Assembly (NCBI GenBank): GCA_964653635.1
Contig: CAZZGZ010000001.1
Span: forward strand, 9,986 to 73,985
DNA: 64,000 nt
From: an uncultured Lachnospiraceae bacterium
GTDB taxonomy: Bacteria; Bacillota; Clostridia; Christensenellales; UBA1242
Direction: 5' to 3'
Position numbers and translations under genes: made by a program. This document shows, piece after piece, positions 1 through 9,128 of this stretch (positions are counted from its first letter, which is position 1; each line of letters begins with the position of its first letter). The notes under the pieces are model-generated. The model was not told the origin of the DNA. It saw only the letters and a program-made list of their open reading frames with translations, and did no database searches.

Positions 1-549
1 AGCACGCAAAGTAATATCCTGTCCCATCTCTAAAAGATTTTCAGGAAGAGTTGATTTTGTATTTTCTATTTTTTTGTTTTCAATTTTTTGTTCTTTTTGT
101 TCACCAGTTGCTGAAAGAGCTCCAAGCACCTCATCTCGCAATTCTCTTGTGTCTACCCCAAACACATTAATCATTAGTTTGGTAGCATAACAAGTATCTT
201 GTGCAATCATAGCAAGCAGTAAGTGTTCAGAACCAATATACGAATTATTTAATTGCCCCGCAACAGTTTGAGCAACTCTGAATAAATCTTTTGACCGTGG
301 TGTAAGTTCAACATCACCGAAAAGATTAAACGCTGTAGCATTTTCTTCGAATAGTTCAAAAAGAGCTGATTCTGTAACTCCGTGTTTTGCAAGCAGTTTA
401 GATGCAGTACATTCTGTCACACTCGCAAGACCATATAAAATATGTTCTGTGCCTACAAGATTTGATCCAAAACGAAGAGCAATCTTGCTAGCATTTTTAA
501 TCACTTTTTCGATACTATCTGAAAAAGCATTATTACTATTAAACGCCAT
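1..549 (-). CDS. clpC: ClpC-type AAA+ chaperone/Clp ATPase, N-terminal part (gene runs off the window start)
   Basis: Minus-strand frame is open from base 1 to the ATG at 549, with SD GGAGG 5 nt upstream. The translation MAFNSNNAFSDSIEKVIKNASKIALRFGSNLVGTEHILYGL...GSEHLLLAM shows the duplicated Clp N-domain repeat. It follows mcsB, as in the Firmicute mcsA-mcsB-clpC operon. Confidence 0.8.
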   Translation of the reverse strand, partial: MAFNSNNAFSDSIEKVIKNASKIALRFGSNLVGTEHILYGLASVTECTASKLLAKHGVTESALFELFEENATAFNLFGDVELTPRSKDLFRVAQTVAGQLNNSYIGSEHLLLAMIAQDTCYATKLMINVFGVDTRELRDEVLGALSATGEQKEQKIENKKIENTKSTLPENLLEMGQDITLRA

Positions 550-648
550 TTTATCCTCCATTTTGTGCTTTAAGCACTAATATTTGAAAATTATTGAAAA
601 GAATTGACTTAAAGATATGACATTCAATTATTGAACAAAAATCCACTC

Positions 649-1656
649 TTATTCAATAATACAAATTAGTTTTTCAAGTCTACAAGATATATACTCACTT
701 CTTATTCTATTTTCCTTTTTATCTTCATCAAAGTTTGTAATAACCTTTAAATTTGCACTTGCCCCTTCAAAATACAAGTTCGAAAAAGCTTTCATATCGG
801 TTATTTGTAGGATTCCAAGTGCTTCTCCAAGTCGCAACTTTGAAAGATAAATAATCATCTCCTCCTCACTTAATAAGTAAGCCCCACGAAGAAGTGCATA
901 TGCTCTTTGTACTTCATCTTTAATCTCGTCAAAGGATGTTTCTTTTAGTTCTTTTCTGGCAAGTTCTTCCATTTCAGCTACCATGTAAACAAATTCTGAA
1001 ACCTTATCAACAATCTCGTTTTCACTCAATCCAAGTGACTTTTGATTTGACACCTGATAATAAGAACCAAGTGCTAAACTTCCTTCACCATAAATACCAC
1101 GAATTGTCAGTCCATCAATCTTGACTTGTTCAAATAAATTTTCCATTTGCCCTGCTTTTTCAAGAGCTGGTAAAAAAAGCATGACAGAGGCTCTCATTCC
1201 TGCACCTAAGTTTGTGGGACAACTAGTTAAAAAGCCAAACTCACTATCATATGCAATTTTCAATTCTGATAAAAGCACATTATCTATTTGGGCAAGTTTT
1301 CTAAGAGGCTTATACAGATTAAAACCTTCCTCAATACATTGCTCACGAATATGGTCCTCCTCACAAAGCATGATATAAACCTGATCAAGTTCAGATAGTG
1401 CCAATCCCGCAATATCACGATTTTCAATCAGTTCCTTAGATATTATGTGTCGTTCTAGAAGTGAATTACACTCGGTCGTTGACATATCAGCTAATAGGTA
1501 ATAATCAAATTCACCCGCTTTTTCAAGAGCATCAAACACGGTTGAAATAAGCAATCTCGCCTCTTCTGCAAGTAGCAATGGTCCAAATTTGAATCCAGAA
1601 AGATTTCTTGCAAGTCGAACTCTTGAAGAAATAGCTATGCTATTAAAATTTTCCAT
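649..1656 (-). CDS. mcsB: Protein arginine kinase McsB (ATP:guanido phosphotransferase)
   Basis: ORF track 649..1698. The start is trimmed to the ATG at 1656 (MENFNS...), which overlaps the stop of the upstream mini-ORF. Motifs SSRVRLARN, EEDHIREQC, CPTNLGAGMRASVMLFLPAL and RGIYGEGS match the McsB/guanido kinase family. Confidence 0.85.
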   Translation of the reverse strand: MENFNSIAISSRVRLARNLSGFKFGPLLLAEEARLLISTVFDALEKAGEFDYYLLADMSTTECNSLLERHIISKELIENRDIAGLALSELDQVYIMLCEEDHIREQCIEEGFNLYKPLRKLAQIDNVLLSELKIAYDSEFGFLTSCPTNLGAGMRASVMLFLPALEKAGQMENLFEQVKIDGLTIRGIYGEGSLALGSYYQVSNQKSLGLSENEIVDKVSEFVYMVAEMEELARKELKETSFDEIKDEVQRAYALLRGAYLLSEEEMIIYLSKLRLGEALGILQITDMKAFSNLYFEGASANLKVITNFDEDKKENRIRSEYISCRLEKLICIIE

Positions 1657-1807
1657 TCTTGCACTCCCTACCTTTCTTATGCGATTTATCACTAACATAA
1701 CATCGCACGTACTCTCTCACCGACGGCAGAAGATAACACTTTTCACATCCAACGAAACCTGTTTTATAAATCTCATCCTTTAAAGTACCACAATAAGGGC
1801 AAACTTC
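1643..1807 (-). CDS. McsA-like zinc-finger mini-ORF with no in-frame start codon (possible 1-nt frameshift)
   Basis: My own translation of the minus strand gives ..GSCPYCGTLKDEIYKTGFVGCEKCYLLPSVREYVRCYVSDKSHKKGRECKNGKF*. The CPxCG...GCxxCY pattern resembles the McsA zinc-finger core (CPKCG..GRFGCSECY). Its stop overlaps the mcsB ATG. The only ATG with an SD (AGGAAGG-tata-ATG at 1809) is in a different frame and stops after 9 codons. Confidence 0.45.
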   Translation of the reverse strand, partial: EVCPYCGTLKDEIYKTGFVGCEKCYLLPSVREYVRCYVSDKSHKKGRECKNGKF

Positions 1808-1834
1808 CATTATACCTTCCTTAATTTAATATAC

Positions 1835-1874
1835 AATATGTAGTAGTGTTATGCACATAATACACACTACATAT
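1835..1874. repeat. About 40-bp imperfect palindrome overlapping the tex stop codon; a related copy lies at 45589-45628
   Basis: atatgtagtagtgttatg-cac-ataattacacactacatat. The arms pair over about 17 bp with two bulges. The first 16 nt (atgtagtagtRttatg) and the tail (acatat) recur downstream of tkt. Confidence 0.5.
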
Positions 1875-4038
1875 TTGCAGTTTTTTCTTCGCTATTAACT
1901 CCCTTCATAGTTAGCGATATACGTTTTTTAGCAATATCCAATCCTATAATTTTTACTTCTACATGGTCACCAACTTTCAGCACCTCCGAAGGATGCTTAA
2001 TATATGAATCGGAAATTTGAGAGATATGCACTAACCCGTCTTGATGGACACCAATATCTATGAAGGCACCAAAATCAACAACATTTCTTACCACTCCCGA
2101 GAATATCATCCCTTCTTTAAGATCCTCAATATGGATAACATCAGAACGGAGAGTAGGCTTAGGCATACTTTCTCGAATATCTCTCCCTGGACGTAATAAT
2201 TCATTTACTATATCCTTCAAAGTAGGCACGCCAACACCTATTTGACTTGCAACTTTTTCTTCGCCTTTCGTCGAAATGAGAGTTGGCAACTCTTTAATAT
2301 TCCCATTTTTCACATCCTCTTCACTAAAACCAAATATTGCTAGAAGTTTTCTTGTTGAATCATAACTTTCTGGATGTACAGCGGTATTATCAAGCACTTC
2401 TTCACCATCTGTAATTCTCAAAAATCCTGCACATTGTTCATACGCCTTTGGTCCGAGTTTTGGAACATTTAAAAGCTGTTCACGAGCTGTAAAACTTCCC
2501 ATCTTTCCTCTAAAATTTGTTATATTTTTAGCTATAGATACATTAAGTCCAGAAACATAAGAGAGTAAACTTGCTGATGCGGTGTTAAGATCTACTCCCA
2601 CACTATTTACACAATCCTCAACAACGCCTGTAAGAACTTCAGTTAAACGATTTTGTGGCATGTCATGTTGATACTGTCCAACACCTATTGACTTGACATC
2701 TATCTTTATTAGTTCTGCCATAGGATCTTGAAGTCGTCTTGCTATGGAAACTGCAGAACGCAATGAAACGTCATACTCAGGAAATTCCTCTGCTCCAAGT
2801 TTTGATGCTGAATAAACTGACGCTCCTGCTTCGGACACAACCGCATATGTCACTTTACGATCCACATGTTTGATAAGCTCTGCAACGAAAATCTCCGCTT
2901 CCTTAGAAGCCGTGCCATTCCCTATTGATATGACATCAACTTTATATTTTTCAATGAGTGGTTTCAGTTTCTCTATGCTTTTTTCAGTTTCATTATGAGG
3001 TGGTGTGGGATACACAACGGTCGTATCTAGCACATCTCCATTGACACCTATAATGGCAATCTTACATCCCGTTCTATACGCAGGATCAAATCCCATTATT
3101 ACATTATTTTTGAGGGGGGCTTCCATTAAAAGTGGTTTTAGATTAACTTCAAACATCTTTATTGCTTGTTCATTGGCCACATCTGTTAAAGAGTTTCTAA
3201 GTTCCCTTTCAAGAGCTGGGAAAAGTAACCTATCATAAGCATCGGCTATAGTTTCTTCCATTAAAACGTTTGTATCTTCATTATTCTTTTTGTAATGACG
3301 ATTTAGCACTGGCAAAATTATATGCTCAAAATCAATTTGAATTTGTACTTTCAAACATTTTTCTTTCTCTCCCCTATTAATAGCTAGAATTCTGTGAGAA
3401 GGCAAGTTTTTTACTTCCTGCTTAAAATTTGCATATGTTTCATAAGTAGCACTATTTTCTCCTTCAATTAGTTCGCAAGATATGGTAGCTTTATTCATGA
3501 GAATATCACGCAACTCTTTTCTAAGGTCAGCGTCATCTGAAATACGTTCAGCTACAATGTCTTTAGCTCCCGCAATTGCCTCTTCAATCGTTGGCACTTC
3601 TTCAGTTATAAATCTTTTAGCCTCTTCGACTACAACATACTTTTTACTCTGCATCATAAGTATGTCAGCAAGTTCTGTTAATCCCTTAGCAATAGCTACA
3701 CTTGCACGTGTTTTTCTCTTAGGCCTATAAGGTCTGTAAATATCTTCCACCTCAGTCAAAGATATAGCGTTTGCAAGCTTAATTGCAAGTTCATCAGTCC
3801 ACTTTTCCTGCTCACGTATAGACTTTTCCACCTTTGCTTTTTCTTCATTTAAGTTTCTAAGATAGGTAAGTCTGTCCGCAAATTGTCGGATTACTTGATC
3901 ATCACAAGATCCATGCATTTCTTTTCTGTATCTTGCTATGAAAGGAATTGTACATCCCTCGTCCAAAAGCGAAATTATGTTTTCGCTATATTCTTGTTTT
4001 AAGCCAAATTCACTGGCAAGTTGTTCTTTAATTTCCAT
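1867..4038 (-). CDS. tex: Tex-like transcription accessory protein (YqgF/HhH/S1 domains)
   Basis: 723-aa ORF. N-terminus IPFIARYRKE.., a central YqgF-like region, and a C-terminal S1 domain (GMIFSGVVRNVVDFGAFIDIGVHQDGLVHISQ) are typical of Tex. Confidence 0.85.
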   Translation of the reverse strand: MEIKEQLASEFGLKQEYSENIISLLDEGCTIPFIARYRKEMHGSCDDQVIRQFADRLTYLRNLNEEKAKVEKSIREQEKWTDELAIKLANAISLTEVEDIYRPYRPKRKTRASVAIAKGLTELADILMMQSKKYVVVEEAKRFITEEVPTIEEAIAGAKDIVAERISDDADLRKELRDILMNKATISCELIEGENSATYETYANFKQEVKNLPSHRILAINRGEKEKCLKVQIQIDFEHIILPVLNRHYKKNNEDTNVLMEETIADAYDRLLFPALERELRNSLTDVANEQAIKMFEVNLKPLLMEAPLKNNVIMGFDPAYRTGCKIAIIGVNGDVLDTTVVYPTPPHNETEKSIEKLKPLIEKYKVDVISIGNGTASKEAEIFVAELIKHVDRKVTYAVVSEAGASVYSASKLGAEEFPEYDVSLRSAVSIARRLQDPMAELIKIDVKSIGVGQYQHDMPQNRLTEVLTGVVEDCVNSVGVDLNTASASLLSYVSGLNVSIAKNITNFRGKMGSFTAREQLLNVPKLGPKAYEQCAGFLRITDGEEVLDNTAVHPESYDSTRKLLAIFGFSEEDVKNGNIKELPTLISTKGEEKVASQIGVGVPTLKDIVNELLRPGRDIRESMPKPTLRSDVIHIEDLKEGMIFSGVVRNVVDFGAFIDIGVHQDGLVHISQISDSYIKHPSEVLKVGDHVEVKIIGLDIAKKRISLTMKGVNSEEKTANM

Positions 4039-4088
4039 TTGTTTTTCCTTTTTTTATAATTTATCATTTTGTTTATTTTACGAAACTT

Positions 4089-5024
4089 TTACTCTATTTG
4101 CACTACATCCGATTTATCAAACTTCCAAAAAAGATTGGATAAAATTTCTTCGGAGGAAGTTGCTTTAAATTTATCAATCCTCACAGCAAAATACTCAGGT
4201 TTTACAAAGATTGAATTTGTAGCAATTTCAAAGGCATCCCATTCACAAAATTCATCACTTGCTAACAAGTTTCGTGAAAAGAGAAGAAGATTTCTCATTT
4301 CAGCAAACATATCCCCCTGTAAAAAATCCCCTATGCCTAACATGACAAAAAGTCCATAATTTTTAAAATTTACAACATTTGCAAGTCCTAAACAACCATA
4401 TAAACACTCATTTACACATAAGCAAATTTTGACATCAGAGTTTGCTAGTATTTCTAAGTCATCTTTGTCCACTTCGCTCGCTCCTACAATCATACATGGT
4501 CTATCAAAAAAACCAAAATCATCTAAAACTTTAACCGCTGACCTACCAAATGCTTTATCCACAGCACCACAGTCATAAAGAGAGTAAGCAGTCTTAATAA
4601 TAGGCAATCGGAATTCTTCGATAGAAAGCCTAAGCAAAAGATCCAGTTCTTCATCTGAAAAATCTGCTATATTTTCGAAATACATCACGTTTTGTTGATT
4701 TATGTTTCCTATTAACACACGTTCATCTTTGCTCCACGGGACAAAATTATTACATGAACAGTTTTTAAAAAAACTATATATAAGTTCATTTTCACTCTTT
4801 TTAACATGTGGCAAGGCATTACTCTTTACTCTTTCTATATCTGAGAAATTACTTACAAGTTTTGGTATAAAAAGAAAATTTTGTACATCACATGCTTCCT
4901 CGCAAGGTTCTGCCTCTTTAAGCTTGCAATCTTCCAGATTGGCATAATCAAGAAATTCAATTTTTCGTGTTTTTACATTTAAAAATCTGACATTTTTTAA
5001 TATTTTTTGCATAATTTCCTTCAC
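4089..5024 (-). CDS. Amidohydrolase-superfamily-like protein with apparently degenerate metal-binding motifs
   Basis: 311-aa ORF. The C-terminal half parallels chlorohydrolase/MtaD-type amidohydrolases (..VLDDFGFFDRPCMIVGASEV..ICLCVNECLYGCLGLANV..LGIGDF..) but the expected HxH, His and Asp ligands are not visible. Confidence 0.4.
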   Translation of the reverse strand: MKEIMQKILKNVRFLNVKTRKIEFLDYANLEDCKLKEAEPCEEACDVQNFLFIPKLVSNFSDIERVKSNALPHVKKSENELIYSFFKNCSCNNFVPWSKDERVLIGNINQQNVMYFENIADFSDEELDLLLRLSIEEFRLPIIKTAYSLYDCGAVDKAFGRSAVKVLDDFGFFDRPCMIVGASEVDKDDLEILANSDVKICLCVNECLYGCLGLANVVNFKNYGLFVMLGIGDFLQGDMFAEMRNLLLFSRNLLASDEFCEWDAFEIATNSIFVKPEYFAVRIDKFKATSSEEILSNLFWKFDKSDVVQIE

Positions 5025-5092
5025 ACTCTTGTTATTTTTTTAATTAAGGAGTAAAATACTTACAAGAATATTTTACAACAAAAGGAAGGGAA

Positions 5093-6352
5093 ATGCCAAA
5101 CAATCTGCGAGTAATTTTGCACTCAGACGTAAATAATTTTTTTGCATCGGTTGAATGTCGAGAACGAAAGGACCTAAAAGAAAAACCTGTAGCTGTTGCA
5201 GGCGATCCAGAAAAGCGAACAGGTATAATTCTTGCAAAAAACGATATAGCAAAGTCATTTGGTGTCAAAACAGGTGATACACTTTGGCAAGCCCAAAATA
5301 AATGTCCAGAGATAATCTTTTTAAAACCTCATATGCACCTATACGAAAGCATCAGTAAAAAACTTCACGAAATCTATCTTTCTTACACAGATCTTGTAGA
5401 ACCACTCGGACTTGATGAATGTTTTTTAGACATAACACCATCACTGAAATACCTGAATAAAACTGGAAAGCAAGTTGCGGATGAACTTAGAATGAGAATA
5501 AAAAAAGAGCTTGACTTAACCGTTTCTGTCGGGGTATCCTTTACTAAGGTCTACGCAAAATTAGGTTCTGACCTTAAAAAGCCAGATGCTACAACTGAAA
5601 TCCCCTATGATAAATTCAAGGAAATAGCATATGACTTACCACTAAATTCCATAGTCGGTATAGGTCGAAAATTGACCACTAAATTTTTTGATCGAGGAAT
5701 AAATACAATCGGAAAATTTTGCAATTTCCCTGAAGAATATATTAAACTCAAAATGAATATTACTGGACTTGAATTATATCATGAGCTTCGTGGCGAAAAA
5801 TTTGTTGGAGTTAAATGTTATTATAATCTCGATCCACCAAAGTCATTTGGCAATGGTACAACCACTATTGTCGATATTTTTAAAAGAGAAGATGTTTCAC
5901 ATGTAGTCGCATTTTTATGCGAAAAAATTTCATCCAGACTTGCATCAGCACGATACATGGGGTCAACCATACGTGTCAGTTTGCGGGCATCCGACACACT
6001 TAAATTTATCTCTCACACAGCGAAAATTAAACCGACTTTTTCCGCCTTTACTCTACATGATGAAGCAATGAAACTGATTGATTCATTTTATAAGTATGAT
6101 TATAACATACGTGCAATAAGAGTATCAGTCTCAACACTAAGCAGTAGCCAAACACGACAAATTTCATTTTTTGATGAAAAACAAATTGCCCTCACAGAAA
6201 GTATAAGGGATATTCGTGATAAGTTCGGATATAATAGCATCTTTTTAGGATGTGATCAGGATAGCTTTATTAATACCCAAAAATTTACAGATAATGACTT
6301 AGACGTAGCCACAGAATTTTTCATAAATTATGAAGATTTAGATGAATATTAA
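5093..6352 (+). CDS. Y-family DNA polymerase (Pol IV/UmuC-like translesion polymerase)
   Basis: 419-aa ORF with SD aaggaaggg upstream. The N-terminal motif ILHSDVNNFFASVECRE..KPVAV and the following ..LGLDECFLD match the Y-family palm domain. Confidence 0.85.
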   Translation: MPNNLRVILHSDVNNFFASVECRERKDLKEKPVAVAGDPEKRTGIILAKNDIAKSFGVKTGDTLWQAQNKCPEIIFLKPHMHLYESISKKLHEIYLSYTDLVEPLGLDECFLDITPSLKYLNKTGKQVADELRMRIKKELDLTVSVGVSFTKVYAKLGSDLKKPDATTEIPYDKFKEIAYDLPLNSIVGIGRKLTTKFFDRGINTIGKFCNFPEEYIKLKMNITGLELYHELRGEKFVGVKCYYNLDPPKSFGNGTTTIVDIFKREDVSHVVAFLCEKISSRLASARYMGSTIRVSLRASDTLKFISHTAKIKPTFSAFTLHDEAMKLIDSFYKYDYNIRAIRVSVSTLSSSQTRQISFFDEKQIALTESIRDIRDKFGYNSIFLGCDQDSFINTQKFTDNDLDVATEFFINYEDLDEY

Positions 6353-6466
6353 TACGCAAAATTTTAAAAAACTTATATAACACATGTTAAGTATCCAATA
6401 TAAGATATATAAAATATTCGCACACAACCCACTTTATAAATAACTAGTTTTCTGATAATTAATAAA

Positions 6467-6568
6467 AGAGTCAATTTTTGAAGTAAACTTTTTTAGGTAT
6501 ATCTATCTTTTAAAATTTACTTCATTTTGAATGAAACTATTAATTCATTCAATTGACTCTATTTTATT
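6467..6568. terminator. Nested inverted repeats between convergent genes (probable bidirectional or complex terminator of infB)
   Basis: The outer stem AGAGTCAAT (6467-6475) / ATTGACTCT (6552-6560) encloses two hairpins: TGAAGTAAA (6479-6487) / TTTACTTCA (6516-6524) and TTGAATGAA (6527-6535) / TTCATTCAA (6544-6552). T-rich tracts flank it on both strands. It begins 4 nt after the infB stop. Confidence 0.4.
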
Positions 6569-9128
6569 GTTTAACTACATCTTTGCTATAAAACTCTAAA
6601 ATATCACCTTCTTCAAAGTCAATGTTATCTTTAAGTTTTATGCCACATTCAAATCCTTTTGCAATTTCAGATTTTTCATCTTTTACAATCTTCAAACTTT
6701 CACAAGTGGTTTCTCCGATTAAATCTTTACCACGATAAACTTTGACGACACCATTTCTAATAATCTTGCCATCTTGTACATATGAACCAGCCACTTTTCC
6801 AGCAGTCGAAAGTTTAAATACTATTCTAACTTCAGCTTTTCCTACATAATTTAGTTCGTACTTGATGCTCATCATGCCTTTAATTGCGTTAGTCATTTCG
6901 TCAACTACTTCGTAAATAATTTTATATTCTTTAATTTGAATTTTCAAACTTTCAGCAAGACTTTTCGCCTTAGGAATAGGTTTTATATTAAATGCTACTA
7001 TTATTGAACCCGTCGTTTCAGCAAGCAAAACATCTGATTCAGATATGGCACCAACACCTGCATGTAGCACAGAAACTTTTACTTCATCATTTCGAATAGC
7101 TAAAAGAGAATTTCTAACTGCTTCTACAGAGCCTTGAGTATCCGCTTTCAGTATGACATTAAGACTTTTTAATTTACCCTCTTTAATCTTACTCATAAAA
7201 TCATCTAAACTAACACCTGACGTCTGTGCTGTTCTTTCAGCTTTAATCTTATTTATACGTTCACTAATAACTTGTTTAGACAAACTCTCTTCAACTGCAT
7301 AAATGAAATCACCAGAATTTGGCACATCACTTAACCCCATTACAGATACTGGAGTAGATGGTGTGGCTTTTTTTACAGATTTTCCATTTTCGTCAAACAT
7401 GGCTTTAACTTTCCCAAAAGTAATACCAGACATTATGGAATCACCTACTTTCAAAGTACCATTTTGAACAAGTATATTTGCTATTGCTCCACGATTTTTG
7501 TCTAGATATGCCTCAATAACAACACCAGTTGCAACTGTGTCAAGATTAGCACGAAGGTCTTGCATTTCTGCCACTAACAAAATTGCATCTATAAGTTTAT
7601 CCAACCCCAAACCTGTTTTGGCAGATATTGGTACACAAATAGTATCTCCGCCCCACTCTTCTACAAGGACATCATGCTCAGCTAGTTGTTGTTTTACTCT
7701 ATCTACGTTTGCATCAATCTTATCCATTTTGTTTATTGCAACAATCATGGGAACCTTAGCTGCCTTAATATGGTTAATAGCTTCAATAGTCTGTGGCATT
7801 ACTCCATCATCTGCAGCAACCACCAAAATAGCAATATCAGTCAAACTTGCGCCTCTTGCTCGCATTTGTGTAAAAGCTGCATGCCCTGGTGTATCTATAA
7901 ATGTAATCTTTTCGCCATGTGTTGTAATTTGATATGCACCTATTGCTTGAGTTATGCCTCCAGCTTCACCGAGCGCCACATTAGTTGCACGAAAGGCATC
8001 CAACAATGATGTTTTACCATGATCGACATGCCCCATAACCGTGATAACAGGTGGTCTTTTAACAAGCTTAGTTTTATCAATTTCACCAGCATAATCTTTT
8101 AACTTTTCTTCATATGTTTTGTCAAGTTTTAGCTCCAACGATACACCAAGTTCATTTGCAACTAATTCCGCAGTATCAAAGTCAATATTGGAGTTGATTG
8201 TGGCCATGACTCCCAAGAGCATGAGCTTTTTAACTATCTCTGTTACAGGTTTTCCTATCTTTTCACTCAGATCCTTAACTGAAATTTCCTTACTTGTAAT
8301 AATTGCATGCGTCACACTTGGTGCTACCTTAACTTCTTCATGTTTCTTTGCACGAACAAGCTTTCTTGACCCCATAGTTGTCTCTTCAAATCCGTCTTCA
8401 TCTTCTATTATGAAGTTGTAATTACGGTTTTCTTGTGTTTGTTTTGCACGTATTTGTTTACGATCTTCTTCAACAACTCGTTTTGTCTTATTCTTATTCC
8501 CAAAATTACGCTCTAAAGTATTTGGCATATTGTTTGACTGTGTTGGTGCAAAGGACTTAAATGAATTTTCTTTAGTAGAAACAAAGTTATTTTTTCTCTG
8601 CCCAAAATTCTGACCAGACGTTGGTCTCTGCCCACCCTGACGATGTTCACCATTATTTGATTTTTGCCACGTACCATTTGTTGATTTATTAAATTGATTA
8701 TTATAGCGCCCATGATTTTGATCATAGCCTGATCTCTGTTGATAATTTTGACCATTTGAACCATCAAATTGTCGAGTGTTACTAGAACGATTGTTACGAG
8801 AATTAACCCTATTATCATCAAAGCGTCGCCTTTGAATATTTTCCTTTTCTGCAGATTGTTTTTCCGTATTTTGAGATTTTAAATCTTGATTTTTAACATC
8901 ATTTTGAACAATTTTCTTTTCTTCCACTGGTGTAGTTATAGCCTTTTCCTGCATAGTTTCAAGAGTATGCAACTGAGTTTTTAAAGACTTCGAAAAACTA
9001 GCGACTTTTTCTTTCGCATCTTTTACTGATTTTAGTAACGATAAAATATCGCCATCACTTTGTAGTTTATGAATATTTTTTAAGTTTTCTAACGTTTGAT
9101 TTGCCAAATTATTCTCCTTTGATATCAT
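6564..9128 (-). CDS. infB: Translation initiation factor IF-2
   Basis: 854-aa ORF. G-domain motifs GHVDHGKTSLLD, DTPGH, NKMD and SAK are present, and it is the last gene of the nusA operon. An alternative start at TTG 9107 has a better SD (AAGGAG, 6-nt spacer) than ATG 9128. Confidence 0.9.
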   Translation of the reverse strand: MISKENNLANQTLENLKNIHKLQSDGDILSLLKSVKDAKEKVASFSKSLKTQLHTLETMQEKAITTPVEEKKIVQNDVKNQDLKSQNTEKQSAEKENIQRRRFDDNRVNSRNNRSSNTRQFDGSNGQNYQQRSGYDQNHGRYNNQFNKSTNGTWQKSNNGEHRQGGQRPTSGQNFGQRKNNFVSTKENSFKSFAPTQSNNMPNTLERNFGNKNKTKRVVEEDRKQIRAKQTQENRNYNFIIEDEDGFEETTMGSRKLVRAKKHEEVKVAPSVTHAIITSKEISVKDLSEKIGKPVTEIVKKLMLLGVMATINSNIDFDTAELVANELGVSLELKLDKTYEEKLKDYAGEIDKTKLVKRPPVITVMGHVDHGKTSLLDAFRATNVALGEAGGITQAIGAYQITTHGEKITFIDTPGHAAFTQMRARGASLTDIAILVVAADDGVMPQTIEAINHIKAAKVPMIVAINKMDKIDANVDRVKQQLAEHDVLVEEWGGDTICVPISAKTGLGLDKLIDAILLVAEMQDLRANLDTVATGVVIEAYLDKNRGAIANILVQNGTLKVGDSIMSGITFGKVKAMFDENGKSVKKATPSTPVSVMGLSDVPNSGDFIYAVEESLSKQVISERINKIKAERTAQTSGVSLDDFMSKIKEGKLKSLNVILKADTQGSVEAVRNSLLAIRNDEVKVSVLHAGVGAISESDVLLAETTGSIIVAFNIKPIPKAKSLAESLKIQIKEYKIIYEVVDEMTNAIKGMMSIKYELNYVGKAEVRIVFKLSTAGKVAGSYVQDGKIIRNGVVKVYRGKDLIGETTCESLKIVKDEKSEIAKGFECGIKLKDNIDFEEGDILEFYSKDVVKQ

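Noticed and set aside
1810-1866. CtsR operator or CIRCE element upstream of the mcsB-clpC operon
   Set aside because: Neither the GGTCAAA-N3-GGTCAAA direct repeat nor TTAGCACTC-N9-GAGTGCTAA is present. Only the unrelated 40-bp palindrome is.
5025-5092. LexA (Cheo) box in front of the Y-family polymerase
   Set aside because: No GAAC-N4-GTTC-type motif is present in the 68-bp divergent promoter region.
7498-8421. Plus-strand ORFs 7498..7932, 7686..8009 and 8119..8421 antisense to infB
   Set aside because: They lie entirely within the strongly supported infB CDS and have Ser/Cys/Ile-rich compositions typical of shadow frames. None has an SD.
8513-8821. Minus-strand 102-aa ORF in an alternative frame of infB
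   Set aside because: It is produced by the low-complexity N/Q-rich repeat region of IF-2. No independent start signals are present.
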